Below, in pieces: positions 17,342 to 26,137 of a DNA stretch of 28,361 bases. The notes under the pieces were generated by a model, which ran no database searches, was not told the origin of the DNA, and saw only the letters and a program-made list of their open reading frames with translations. How positions within the stretch are numbered: position 1 is the first letter of the stretch; each line of letters starts with the position of its first letter. Both the position numbers and the translations under genes were made by a program. Source of the DNA: Candidatus Hadarchaeales archaeon (GTDB lineage: Archaea; Hadarchaeota; Hadarchaeia; Hadarchaeales; Hadarchaeaceae); the NCBI GenBank assembly GCA_038851565.1, contig JAWCKV010000008.1:1-28361 (forward strand), written 5' to 3'.

Positions 17342-20188
17342 TTATTTCCAGCCGAACCTCCTGAAAAGCGCCTCCCTCTCCTGCTCAACTACAAGTTCCA
17401 CCAGCCTCTCCGTTATCCTCCTCTCCTTGGCGAGTATTTTCGAGGCTGATGCGGGAGTTATCCCCCTTCCCGAGAGCACGAATGCTGCCGCTTTTCCGTA
17501 TGATGATATGAGGCCTGACGTCGCTGCCATGTCCTTCGCCAGTCCGGTTTCTCTGCCCGCAGAGGCCATCTCCAGGGCGCTCCTCACCTCATCCTCGGTA
17601 TGCTCGCTCATGCCTATCCTCTTGGAACCGCATTTTGGACACCTCGGTCCCTCTTCGAGCTCCCCTATCGTCATCTCGCGCACGAACTCCCTGCAGTCCA
17701 AGCATGCGAAGGTCCTGACCTCGCTGAGCAACCTGACCTTCGCGGAGGCCAGCGCCAGAAGCCTCAGTCTCTTCGGGGCGGTCGGCTCGAGCGAAGCATA
17801 CCGCTGCTGCAGCGCCACAGCTGAAACAGGAGAAGGCGAATCTCTTGTCCCAAGCGAAACTATTGATATATCTCCGGAGGCTATTTTACTCAGCACCTCG
17901 CTTTTGATGTCAAGGTCCTTCGTTATCACCTCTTTGAAGGCCTCTTCGAAAGCCGGGGTGTCCTTCAGGGCCCTCATGAGCTTATCCATGACCGAACTTG
18001 TGATCTCCACATCTCTGTCAAGAACCCCCATGCGCCTCGCGACCTGGGCCAACCTCCATCTGAAGAACCTGCTGCCCTCAACTATCGCGCGCAGCTCATC
18101 ATCTGTTTTTTTGAGAGCCTCCTTCCTCAGGAACCCGATTACCTCATCCGGCTCAAGACCCTCAGAACGCAGGATCACCCTGTAGGGATCAACGGATGTT
18201 GCAACTGCACGTCCGGAATCCTCAGATATCCTGTGGGCAAGAAGCCTCGCGAGGGTCCTGTTCACGAGGGTTCCGAAGCATGCGCCGAGCACGCACGCAT
18301 CCCTGACCGCCTCGACCGTGATCAGGCTGTCGGCCGGGACCGGAAGCCCTTCTCTTATCTGCTCCTCCACATCGGAAAGCGCGGCATTAAATGTATCTGC
18401 TGAAACACCATACTCCCGGGACAGAATCTCAGACGCCTCTTTCAGGCTCGAGCCAGACTTCAGCATCTCAGCCGCCCTGCCCCTGATCCTGCCAACCTCC
18501 TGCGCGACCGAAAACGGCACTGGAATTTCCTCGCCTATCCAGGTCGGAATCGCGCCCAGAGGGTCATCGTCAGGTTTAACGTAAACCGTGTTCCTGTAGA
18601 CCTGAACTATTCTCCATATGCCTCCACCGATCACAAACCTTGTGCCCGGCTCACCGTACTCCGCCACGAATGATTCATCAAGCACACCGACCGGCTCACC
18701 CTTAGAGTCATCCACTATCAGATACTGCTTCAGCTCAGGTATCATGGAGAGGTTGTTGAAGTAGTAGTCGTATATTCTCTCCAACGAAGCCGGGCGCGTG
18801 AACTCTCCGTTCCTGACCCTGACCAGCCTTTTCTCCAGGCTCTGCGCGAACTCCAGCACCGCCCTGAGCTGATCCTCTCTGAGGTCCCTGAAAGGATACG
18901 CTCTCCTGAAGATGCCCAGCATGTCGCTCATCTTTGCGGTCCTCGATGCCAGCAGCGCTGACACGGAAGCGTGAAGAAGCACATCAAGGGGGGTTTCAAG
19001 GGAGCGGACCGGCTCGAGCTCGCCCCTCCTGGCCTTGGCCGCTATCACTATCGCCTCCAGGGCATCGTCCGGGTCCTGAACGATTATCACTCCCCTTGAA
19101 ACCTCACCTATCCTGTGACCGCTTCTGCCGACGCGCTGGAGGAGCCTCGTGACCTGTCGCGGTGAGTTGTACTGTATCACCAGATCCACCCTGCCGACAT
19201 CGATCCCGAGCTCAAGCGATGACGTGCATATCATTCCCCTGAGCCCCCCGCTCTTGAGCCCGCTCTCGGCTCTGACCCTGGTGAAGCTTGAGAGGGATCC
19301 GTGATGCACGCCGACCGGAAACCCGATATCCCAAAGCCTGAAGCGGCTCGCGAGAGCCTCAGCGGTCGGACGCGTGTTGGTGAAGACCAGCGTCGAGCGG
19401 TGCGCCTCTATGAGTTCCCTCATCCTCCTGAGCCTGGCAGCGACCGCAGGAAAGGTGTACAGCTTTTCCGAAAGCACGATGTCCTGACGCGATGGCTCCG
19501 GGAACACCACGTCCAGCTCCATCTTTTTGGCGAACGTCACGTCAACCACCTCACACCCCCTGCCCTGCCCCACCAGAAATCTGGCGACCTCATCCGGAGA
19601 ACCGATCGTGGCTGAGAGTCCTATCACCTGAAAGTCTCCGCTGATCTCACGCAGCCTTTCGAGGTTGAGCGAAAGCTGAGCGCCCCTCTTGCTGTCAACC
19701 AGCTCGTGAACCTCGTCCACCACGACCCACCTGACGGTCCTGAGGTAGGAGCTCAGCTTTTTGCCAAGCAGAAACAGCTGCAGGCTCTCGGGGGTGGTTA
19801 TCACGACATCTGACGGGGCAAGAGCCTGGGATCTCCTCTCCCTGGCGCTGGTGTCACCGTGCCGGACCGAGACCTTAAGGTCGAGCGCCCTGCACCATCC
19901 CTCCAGCCTCTCGAGCATGTCCCTGTTAAGCGCCCTCAGGGGAGTTATGTAAATGGCCTTGATGCCCCTTTCCCTACCATGCGTCATGAGGAGGCCATGC
20001 AGAACAGGGAGGAACGCGCTCTCCGTCTTACCGCTGCCTGATGGTGATATGAGGAGGACGTTCCTGCCCTCGAGAATCTTGGGTATGGCCATCTTCTGGG
20101 GCAGCGTTGGCTCCGTGAACCCCCTCTCCGCAAGCAGCTTTCTTATCGGCCTCGCCAGCAGATCGAATACGTTTTCAACTTCCTGCAT
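17342..20188 (-). CDS. lhr: Lhr-family SF2 helicase with C-terminal CxxC..CxxC zinc motif
   Basis: SPSGSGKT, TPLRALNRD, TTPESL, DEVHEL, SAT, HHGSLS, TSSLELGIDVG, QRVGRSGH, WIGE; CLDC..CPKC. Confidence 0.93.
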   Translation of the reverse strand: MQEVENVFDLLARPIRKLLAERGFTEPTLPQKMAIPKILEGRNVLLISPSGSGKTESAFLPVLHGLLMTHGRERGIKAIYITPLRALNRDMLERLEGWCRALDLKVSVRHGDTSARERRSQALAPSDVVITTPESLQLFLLGKKLSSYLRTVRWVVVDEVHELVDSKRGAQLSLNLERLREISGDFQVIGLSATIGSPDEVARFLVGQGRGCEVVDVTFAKKMELDVVFPEPSRQDIVLSEKLYTFPAVAARLRRMRELIEAHRSTLVFTNTRPTAEALASRFRLWDIGFPVGVHHGSLSSFTRVRAESGLKSGGLRGMICTSSLELGIDVGRVDLVIQYNSPRQVTRLLQRVGRSGHRIGEVSRGVIIVQDPDDALEAIVIAAKARRGELEPVRSLETPLDVLLHASVSALLASRTAKMSDMLGIFRRAYPFRDLREDQLRAVLEFAQSLEKRLVRVRNGEFTRPASLERIYDYYFNNLSMIPELKQYLIVDDSKGEPVGVLDESFVAEYGEPGTRFVIGGGIWRIVQVYRNTVYVKPDDDPLGAIPTWIGEEIPVPFSVAQEVGRIRGRAAEMLKSGSSLKEASEILSREYGVSADTFNAALSDVEEQIREGLPVPADSLITVEAVRDACVLGACFGTLVNRTLARLLAHRISEDSGRAVATSVDPYRVILRSEGLEPDEVIGFLRKEALKKTDDELRAIVEGSRFFRWRLAQVARRMGVLDRDVEITSSVMDKLMRALKDTPAFEEAFKEVITKDLDIKSEVLSKIASGDISIVSLGTRDSPSPVSAVALQQRYASLEPTAPKRLRLLALASAKVRLLSEVRTFACLDCREFVREMTIGELEEGPRCPKCGSKRIGMSEHTEDEVRSALEMASAGRETGLAKDMAATSGLISSYGKAAAFVLSGRGITPASASKILAKERRITERLVELVVEQEREALFRRFGWK

Positions 20189-20250
20189 GTTTTCACGTAA
20201 GATAACGCCTTACCGCAAAAAGACCTTGCCCGGCCGGTTCGGGGCCATCT

Positions 20251-20532
20251 TCAGGGACCATGCCTTACCTCAAAACCGGAGAACTCGCCGCGGTACTCCT
20301 CCCACTCAATCTCAATCCCGGTAACAACCGCTGCTGGCGGCCCCCTCTTGCAGAAATCAACCATCTCCTCAACGCTGCTTTTATCGCCCTCGAACATCGC
20401 CTCGACCCTCCCATCAGATGTGTTCCTGACCCATCCCCGCACCCCCAGCCTCCGGGCGAGTTCCGCGGTGTGATGTCTGAAGAAGACGCCCGTGACCCTG
20501 CCGCTCACAATAACATGCGCCCTGGCGTTCAT
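20251..20532 (-). CDS. acyP: Acylphosphatase
   Basis: VSGRVTGVFFR, GWVRN..DGRVE, GPPAAVV. Confidence 0.93.
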   Translation of the reverse strand: MNARAHVIVSGRVTGVFFRHHTAELARRLGVRGWVRNTSDGRVEAMFEGDKSSVEEMVDFCKRGPPAAVVTGIEIEWEEYRGEFSGFEVRHGP

Positions 20533-20595
20533 CAATACTTATCTGAAGATGTTTCCCTTTTTATCACACATCCCTCCAAATGCGCGAGGGGAAAC

Positions 20596-21057
20596 GTGAG
20601 GATGGCTGTGGCGGCCGGAGCGGTATGCGCGGCGGTTACCGTCGCGCTGTGCCTGTGGCCGACCGTATCCAAGGATTTTCCAGAAAACCGGGAGAGACTG
20701 GAAATCGTGGAGAGGGTAATTGATGGGGACACAATTGTCATCACCGGAGGAGAGAGGATAAGGCTGGCGGGCGTAGATGCCCCTCCGCTGTACGCGAGGG
20801 ACGGATCTGGGAGGAGGGCGAAGGAGTTTCTGGAGAACCTCTGTCCGCCCGGTTCACCGATTTCAGTCGATCCTGATGACCTCGCAGGGAGAGACAGGTA
20901 CGGGAGGCTCCTTGCTGTCATATACGCTCAATCCAGCTCAGGTCCGGTCAACGTCAATGCCGAGGTTTTGAAAAGCGGGAACGCCACAATCCTGCTGATT
21001 CCACCAACAGAGTTCAACCCTTACGTATGGATGGCTGATAACGAGCATGACTGTTAG
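20596..21057 (+). CDS. Thermonuclease (SNase)-like protein with N-terminal signal/anchor
   Basis: VERVIDGDTI, IRLAGVDAP, DRYGRLLAVI, VNAEVLKSG; start GTG 20596 or ATG 20602. Confidence 0.85.
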   Translation: MRMAVAAGAVCAAVTVALCLWPTVSKDFPENRERLEIVERVIDGDTIVITGGERIRLAGVDAPPLYARDGSGRRAKEFLENLCPPGSPISVDPDDLAGRDRYGRLLAVIYAQSSSGPVNVNAEVLKSGNATILLIPPTEFNPYVWMADNEHDC

Positions 21058-21067
21058 AATTTGATTC

Positions 21068-21145
21068 TGGTGCGGCCGGCGGGATTCGAACCCGCGTCAC
21101 GGGCCCGGGGAGCCCGGGTCTTAGACCAGACTGGACCACGGCCGC
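21068..21145 (-). tRNA. tRNA-Gly(CCC), encoded CCA, atypical anticodon loop
   Basis: GCGGCCG acceptor stem, A73, CGGGC/GCCCG anticodon stem, loop UCCCCGG, GCGGG-TTCGAAT-CCCGC T arm. Confidence 0.9.
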
Positions 21146-21166
21146 CAGATAACAGTGGACACCGAA

Positions 21167-21178
21167 TCTTAAAACTTT
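21167..21178 (-). promoter_or_regulatory. BRE/TATA of tRNA-Gly
   Basis: Minus strand AAAGTTTTAAG, 22-33 nt upstream of the mature 5' end. Confidence 0.65.
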
Positions 21179-21185
21179 GACAGGG

Positions 21186-21980
21186 TTAAAGCCTCTCCCG
21201 CGCGAGTTCCGTAAGCTCTGTCTTAGTGAGCATTCCAACGAGCTCATTCTCGAGATTCACCACCGGAAGCGCTGAAAACCTTCTCTCGAACATCAGCTTC
21301 GCCGCCTTGGAAACAGGATCGTCGGTTCTGGCGCAGATGGCCGGGCGGGTCATCGCGTCCTCCACGACCAGATTCTTTATCCTCTCCGACTTGTACTGGT
21401 CTGGCACCACGTCGTGGAATGCCGCGAGCGCCTTTGCAACATCTCTCATCGTTACTATCCCGGCCACCCTCTTATCAACGATCACCGGGAGCGCGAGAAC
21501 GTCCTCCTCCATGAGAACCCTCCTCACGTGCATCACCCGGTCTGTGAGCGAGGTCGTGAGCGGGCTGGACTGCATGATTTCACCCGCATAAACGTCGCCG
21601 TACTCGAAGCAGACCTTCGCAAAGTCCATCTTGGTTACAATCCCGACCATCCTTCCCTCCTCGACCACCGGAAGACCGCTCACATCATGGTCCAGCATCA
21701 GCTCGGCCGCTCTCTTCGCCATTATGTCGGGCGCAACGGTCGTCGGGTTTTCAGTCATCGCGCTAGAGACGTGTATCTTGCTGAGGGGCAATCTAGAGGT
21801 TTGAACCGAGCCGAGTTCCCTGACCATGTCCTTCTCAGTCAGGACCCCGACTATCTTAGCTCCATCAACCACCACCAGCCTGGAAATCCTCTCTCTGACC
21901 ATTATTTCCATGGCTCTGTCAAGCGTCGAATCCTTGGAAACCGTGAGAACGGGTGAACTCATTATCTGACTCACTTTCAT
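21186..21980 (-). CDS. CBS domain protein (4 CBS)
   Basis: MKVSQIMSSPV, ISRLVVV..VGVLTEKD, SGLPVV..VGIVTKMD and further repeats. Confidence 0.93.
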   Translation of the reverse strand: MKVSQIMSSPVLTVSKDSTLDRAMEIMVRERISRLVVVDGAKIVGVLTEKDMVRELGSVQTSRLPLSKIHVSSAMTENPTTVAPDIMAKRAAELMLDHDVSGLPVVEEGRMVGIVTKMDFAKVCFEYGDVYAGEIMQSSPLTTSLTDRVMHVRRVLMEEDVLALPVIVDKRVAGIVTMRDVAKALAAFHDVVPDQYKSERIKNLVVEDAMTRPAICARTDDPVSKAAKLMFERRFSALPVVNLENELVGMLTKTELTELARERL

Positions 21981-22831
21981 AAAGACCTCTCCTGCCCCGC
22001 CAGAGCTTTAAGTATCTCAGACTTTGTGATGACTCCCGCCAAGGTATCTCCCCTGACAACCGGCAACATCGTCAGCCCTCTCTTCATAATCAGCTCGGCC
22101 GCCACGACCGCGCTCTCCTCCTCACTGACGGTCACCAGGTCTGGTCTCATCAGATCCTCCACCTCCGCGGAAAAAACCTCTCTGACGTGACGGGCCATGG
22201 GTCTCCCCGCCCTCTCTATTTTTCTGGTGAACTTTGTCATCTTTTTTTCCTTCACGCCTTCAATGCTCGCAAATGCGATGTCCACGCCCGTTATTATGCC
22301 CACGGGCCTTTCCCCTTCCAGAACGACCGCTCCCTTTTCTCCTGCTGTTATGATGCGTTTCAGGGCCTGTGATAGTGAGTTCCTTCTCCCGACCGAAACA
22401 AACTCGCGCTTCATGATCTCACCGATTTTCATGTTCAAGCCACCACTCCTGACGAGCGCCCTCAGTACGTCAGTTTCCGTCACTATCCCTGTAACATCTC
22501 CGGCATCAGTGACCAGAACGCTGCCAACCCCTCGCTGCACCATCACTCTGACTGCCTTGAGAACATCTGTGCCAACAGAAACAGATACCAATTCCGTGCT
22601 CATGAGCGTGGAAACCGGTATCGACTCCAGCGGACGCAAAGTGCGCGACTGCATCTCGCGCCATATGTGTGCAGCTATGTCACTAATCGAAATCACTCCA
22701 ACGACCTTCCCCCTCTCGAGAACCGCAAGATGCTTCACCTTTCTGCTCAGCATCATGTTCCTGGCTACCGCCACCGGGTTGGTAGGACGCACCGCCAGCA
22801 CTGGGGAACTCATAAGCTCATCTACCTTCAA
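21977..22831 (-). CDS. CBS domain protein (4 CBS)
   Basis: VDELMSSPV, KHLAV..VGVISISD, GIVTETD, GIITGVD, LPVV..GVITKSE. Confidence 0.92.
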   Translation of the reverse strand: MKVDELMSSPVLAVRPTNPVAVARNMMLSRKVKHLAVLERGKVVGVISISDIAAHIWREMQSRTLRPLESIPVSTLMSTELVSVSVGTDVLKAVRVMVQRGVGSVLVTDAGDVTGIVTETDVLRALVRSGGLNMKIGEIMKREFVSVGRRNSLSQALKRIITAGEKGAVVLEGERPVGIITGVDIAFASIEGVKEKKMTKFTRKIERAGRPMARHVREVFSAEVEDLMRPDLVTVSEEESAVVAAELIMKRGLTMLPVVRGDTLAGVITKSEILKALAGQERSL

Positions 22832-23724
22832 ATCAACAACCTCAACAGATCGTGCTCCGTTATTATCCCCTGAAGTTCACCGCCGGAAAGCACGGGGATC
22901 CCTCCGAGTCCCCTTTCCCTCATTAGGGCCGCCGCCTCCCCGACATCGGTGTCTGGGCCGACCACAACAACATCCCTCTTCATAATATCCTCAACCGGCG
23001 CCTCCATCGCCTCCTCCATCCCACGCGACTGCATGCGCTCAAAGACCCTGCTGCTGCCAAGATATCCGAGCACATCCATTGTGGTCACGATTCCGAGAAG
23101 CTTTTTATCCATGACCACCGGAAGCCTGCGGAAGCCCATTCTCACCATTCTCTTAGACGCATCAAGCACCGTATCGCTCGGGGCAACCGTAACAACATGT
23201 CTGCTCATGTGGTAGCTCACCTTTTTTCCCGTTGAAGGCGTTATGTGTGAAATGAGGTCTCTCTCTGCTATCATCCCAAGAATTTTTCCGTCATCGACCA
23301 CTGGCACGCCTCCCACACCTTCAGAGAGCAGGAGCCTCACAACCTCTTGGAGCGACATTTCAGGTCCTGCGAAGGGGAACCTCTCGGAGAGTATCATTCT
23401 CACCGGCTCGTTAACCGCTGAGAGAAAATTTCCTCCAAACCTGGCCTGTATGATCCTGTGTTTCTCCCCTCCGCCCAGAAAATCGACGATATCCCTGCTT
23501 CGCAGCACGCCATATAGCTTCATTGAACCGGGCTCCGCCACAGGGAGCCTCCTCTCCTTTTTTGATACCATGATCTCAGAAGCTCTCTTTATTGGGGTGG
23601 TCGGGGTGATGGTGGTGAACTGCCTCCTGGCAATCCTGAGCGCCTCCCCTTCCTCCTTTCTGATCCTGGAGCTGAAACTCAACGGTCCCCTGTCCAGCGA
23701 CTTGTAATGCGGCACTCTTCTCAT
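22828..23724 (-). CDS. CBS domain protein (4 CBS), MJ1225-like
   Basis: PTTPI..RRLPV..DIVDFLGGGEKHRII..NFLSAVNEPVR matches my recollection of the MJ1225 (AMPK-gamma-like) sequence. Confidence 0.9.
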   Translation of the reverse strand: MRRVPHYKSLDRGPLSFSSRIRKEEGEALRIARRQFTTITPTTPIKRASEIMVSKKERRLPVAEPGSMKLYGVLRSRDIVDFLGGGEKHRIIQARFGGNFLSAVNEPVRMILSERFPFAGPEMSLQEVVRLLLSEGVGGVPVVDDGKILGMIAERDLISHITPSTGKKVSYHMSRHVVTVAPSDTVLDASKRMVRMGFRRLPVVMDKKLLGIVTTMDVLGYLGSSRVFERMQSRGMEEAMEAPVEDIMKRDVVVVGPDTDVGEAAALMRERGLGGIPVLSGGELQGIITEHDLLRLLI

Positions 23725-24545
23725 TGTTTTCCCTCCATGATCCTCAAAACGTCGGAAACGCTCAGTATCCCGACCAGATTCCCGCCTGAAACAACCGGAA
23801 GTCTGCCTATCCTCTTTTCGGCCATGATTTCGGCAGCCCTGCTCAAAAGCGTATCCGGTTGCACGGTTACAACAGGAGTCCTCATGACAGATTTAACTCT
23901 GGAAGCGCTCCTTCCCTTGCCTGACTCATGGCTGAGCCTGACCGCTCCCGAACGTATCAGATCTGACACAGTTACCATTCCGATGACAGCCATCTTTCCT
24001 CCGTCTTTCCTCACCACGGGGATCCCTGAAATCCCTCCTCTCTCCATGAGGTCCCAGACCCTGGAGATCTCGTCCTCGGGGGAGCAGGAGATAACATCCG
24101 CTGTCATCGCTTCGCTGACCCTCACGCTTCCGGCAGCGCTCCCCGCCGTGAGCCTCAAAACCTCGTCGAGCCTGATCATTCCAACGACCGTCCTGTCAGT
24201 GTGGCTCTGCACGACCGGAGCTTCGCGCAGTCCCTCTTCCACCATCTCGGAAACCGCCCTGCCGACCGAATCGGCTGGAGTTATGAGCGGCAGGGGCGGG
24301 AGCATCACGCCGCTTATGGGTATGTTTGACCTGGTTGAAGTCACGCGCATAACATCCCTCGCCCTTACTATTCCCTCCAGACGCCCCCCCACCGCCACCG
24401 GCGCAACCCTGATGCCTCCATCTCGCATCACGGCCCTCGCCCTGGTAACCGGGTCTCTGGGCTCCAGGAAAGCGGGGCACGGAACCATTACCTCTCTCAC
24501 GCTTACCCGTTCCAGCGGGCTACCGCTTTCCGGACTCAAGTTCAT
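23721..24545 (-). CDS. CBS domain protein (4 CBS)
   Basis: VREVM, APVA..GIVRARD, VSEAMT..SGIPVV..GMVTVSD, GRLPVV..VGILSVSD. Confidence 0.92.
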   Translation of the reverse strand: MNLSPESGSPLERVSVREVMVPCPAFLEPRDPVTRARAVMRDGGIRVAPVAVGGRLEGIVRARDVMRVTSTRSNIPISGVMLPPLPLITPADSVGRAVSEMVEEGLREAPVVQSHTDRTVVGMIRLDEVLRLTAGSAAGSVRVSEAMTADVISCSPEDEISRVWDLMERGGISGIPVVRKDGGKMAVIGMVTVSDLIRSGAVRLSHESGKGRSASRVKSVMRTPVVTVQPDTLLSRAAEIMAEKRIGRLPVVSGGNLVGILSVSDVLRIMEGKQ

Positions 24546-25072
24546 CCGCTCATAGAGTCTCTACAATCCTCGCAGACCCACATACCGTTAACTTCATACA
24601 GACTGGTTGTGACCTCACCGCAGTTCTCGCAGACGCTTTCCTCCACACTCTCCTTGTCCTGCTCCTCCCTGTGAGCAACGACCTCGATCAGCTCGGGGGA
24701 CATTGCCGTGATGTCGCTCGCCGATATTATTCCGACCAGGTTTCCGCGATCCACCACGGGAAGGCGCCTTATGCGGTTCTTCGCCATTATCTTTGCGGCC
24801 TCGGTGATGTCAGCATCAGGCGATATCGTCACGAGAGGCGACGACATTATCTTTCCGATCTTGATCTTCGCCGGCATTATGTTCGGCCCCAGCACCTTCA
24901 TCAGCAGGTCACGCTCGGTCAGTATACCCACGGGCTTTTTGTTCCTCAGAACCACCAGACTTCCAACGCCGCGATCGGCCATCATCTTGGCGGCGCGGGC
25001 AACAGTGGTGTTCTCTCCGGCGGTTAGAACTTTAACGGTCATTGCGTCTCTGACGGAAATTATCCGCTTCAT
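24542..25072 (-). CDS. CBS-pair protein with C-terminal zinc ribbon
   Basis: VRDAMT, GILTERD, IRRLPVV..VGIISASD, CENCGE..WVCEDC; start moved to ATG 25072. Confidence 0.92.
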   Translation of the reverse strand: MKRIISVRDAMTVKVLTAGENTTVARAAKMMADRGVGSLVVLRNKKPVGILTERDLLMKVLGPNIMPAKIKIGKIMSSPLVTISPDADITEAAKIMAKNRIRRLPVVDRGNLVGIISASDITAMSPELIEVVAHREEQDKESVEESVCENCGEVTTSLYEVNGMWVCEDCRDSMSG

Positions 25073-25175
25073 CGTGCTACCATTTTCATTTTTACACGTC
25101 CGCTTATTTAACTTTGCGCATACCATTAGGGGTCCTGGCTGGCATTTTTTTACCATGAAGCATCAGTTTTAAACG

Positions 25176-25886
25176 GTGCGCTTGGACACAGATGCCTGGA
25201 AGAAAACAGCTGCACGCGCTGCCGCGGAGCGCGTCGAGGATGGAATGCTCGTTGGGCTGGGCACTGGTACGACAGCCTCTGAGGCAATAAAGAAAATCGC
25301 GGAACGTAAACCTGACTGTTCATTCGTTCCGTCATCCAGCTCAACGGAAAAGCTGGCAAGAGAGCTCAGGCTGAAACTCACAGATCTGAAGTACGGGATG
25401 AAGCTCGACCTCATGATAGACGGAGCGGACGAGGTCGACCCGGAGCTGAACATGATAAAGGGACATGGTGGTGCTCACACGAGGGAGAAGATACTGGCGA
25501 TGGCGGCGAGACGCGTGATAATCGTCGTGGACAGGACGAAGCTCGTCAGGAGGCTGGGCGAGAGGATGCCCGTGCCGGTGGAGGTGATTCCGTTCGCGCA
25601 CGAGAAGACCATGGAGAACCTGGAAAAGATCGGGGGAAGGCCGATGCTGAGGACCGCGGGTGGCGCTCCATTTGTAACCGACAACGGAAACTATGTGGTG
25701 GATGTCAAGTTCGGGAGAATAGATAAACCTTCCGAGCTTGAGCTGAGGATCAACTCCATGCCGGGCGTGGTGGAGAACGGGATATTCGTTGGGCTGGCGG
25801 ACGAGGTCATCGTGGGGCACGAGGGCGGTTGCTGCGCCATAAGATCGAGGGGAGATTTTGCAAAGTTCATCAGGCTCAAGAAATAA
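25176..25886 (+). CDS. rpiA: Ribose-5-phosphate isomerase A
   Basis: GLGTGTT, IDGADEVD, IKGHGGAHTREK, PVPVEV, TDNGN, GVVENGIF. Confidence 0.97.
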   Translation: MRLDTDAWKKTAARAAAERVEDGMLVGLGTGTTASEAIKKIAERKPDCSFVPSSSSTEKLARELRLKLTDLKYGMKLDLMIDGADEVDPELNMIKGHGGAHTREKILAMAARRVIIVVDRTKLVRRLGERMPVPVEVIPFAHEKTMENLEKIGGRPMLRTAGGAPFVTDNGNYVVDVKFGRIDKPSELELRINSMPGVVENGIFVGLADEVIVGHEGGCCAIRSRGDFAKFIRLKK

Positions 25887-25912
25887 AAGAGGAGGACACG
25901 ACCTAATAATCA

Positions 25913-26033
25913 GCCGGGGTAGCTCAGCCTGGTCAGAGCGCGAGACTCATAGCTTCGACCGCAGCTGTGAGTGCTGATCCACGGGATGATGTGGGAAATC
26001 TCGAGGCCGCGGGTTCAATTCCCGCCCCCGGCA
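25913..26033 (+). tRNA. Elongator tRNA-Met(CAU) with 46-nt intron at 37/38 (25952-25997)
   Basis: GCCGGGG/CCCCGGC acceptor, CGAGA/TCTCG anticodon stem (A31-U39), CAT 25948-25950, BHB helix CUCA/UGGG; no encoded CCA. Confidence 0.94.
25952..25997 (+). ncRNA. Putative intron-encoded box C/D-type guide for Cm34 of pre-tRNA-Met
   Basis: Guide AGCTGTGAGT 25963-25972, box D CTGA 25974-25977, box C'-like ATGATGT 25986-25992; complementary to ACTCATAGCT 25945-25954. Confidence 0.65.
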
Positions 26034-26071
26034 CATCTTCAAGATTAAATGTCGACCACAAAGGAACACGT

Positions 26072-26090
26072 GATAAAAAATTATTTAAAC
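26072..26090 (+). promoter_or_regulatory. Putative BRE/TATA for the GLUG-repeat gene
   Basis: GATAAAAAATTATTTAAAC upstream of ATG 26138. Confidence 0.45.
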
Positions 26091-26137
26091 AGGGAGAATT
26101 CAGGAAAACTGGGGTAGGTTTAATAACCAAAGATGGG

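Noticed and set aside
11105..20188. Inteins in RadA or Lhr
   Set aside because: Motif spacing is normal, with no C...HN-C/S/T insertions
20260..20595. Long N-terminal extension of the thermonuclease ORF
   Set aside because: Antisense to acylphosphatase; the signal-like segment begins at about 20596
25913..26033. Initiator tRNA-Met or tRNA-Ile2(CAU)
   Set aside because: G1-C72, no three G-C pairs at the end of the anticodon stem, and GCCGGGG acceptor with A31-U39 and an intron fit elongator Met
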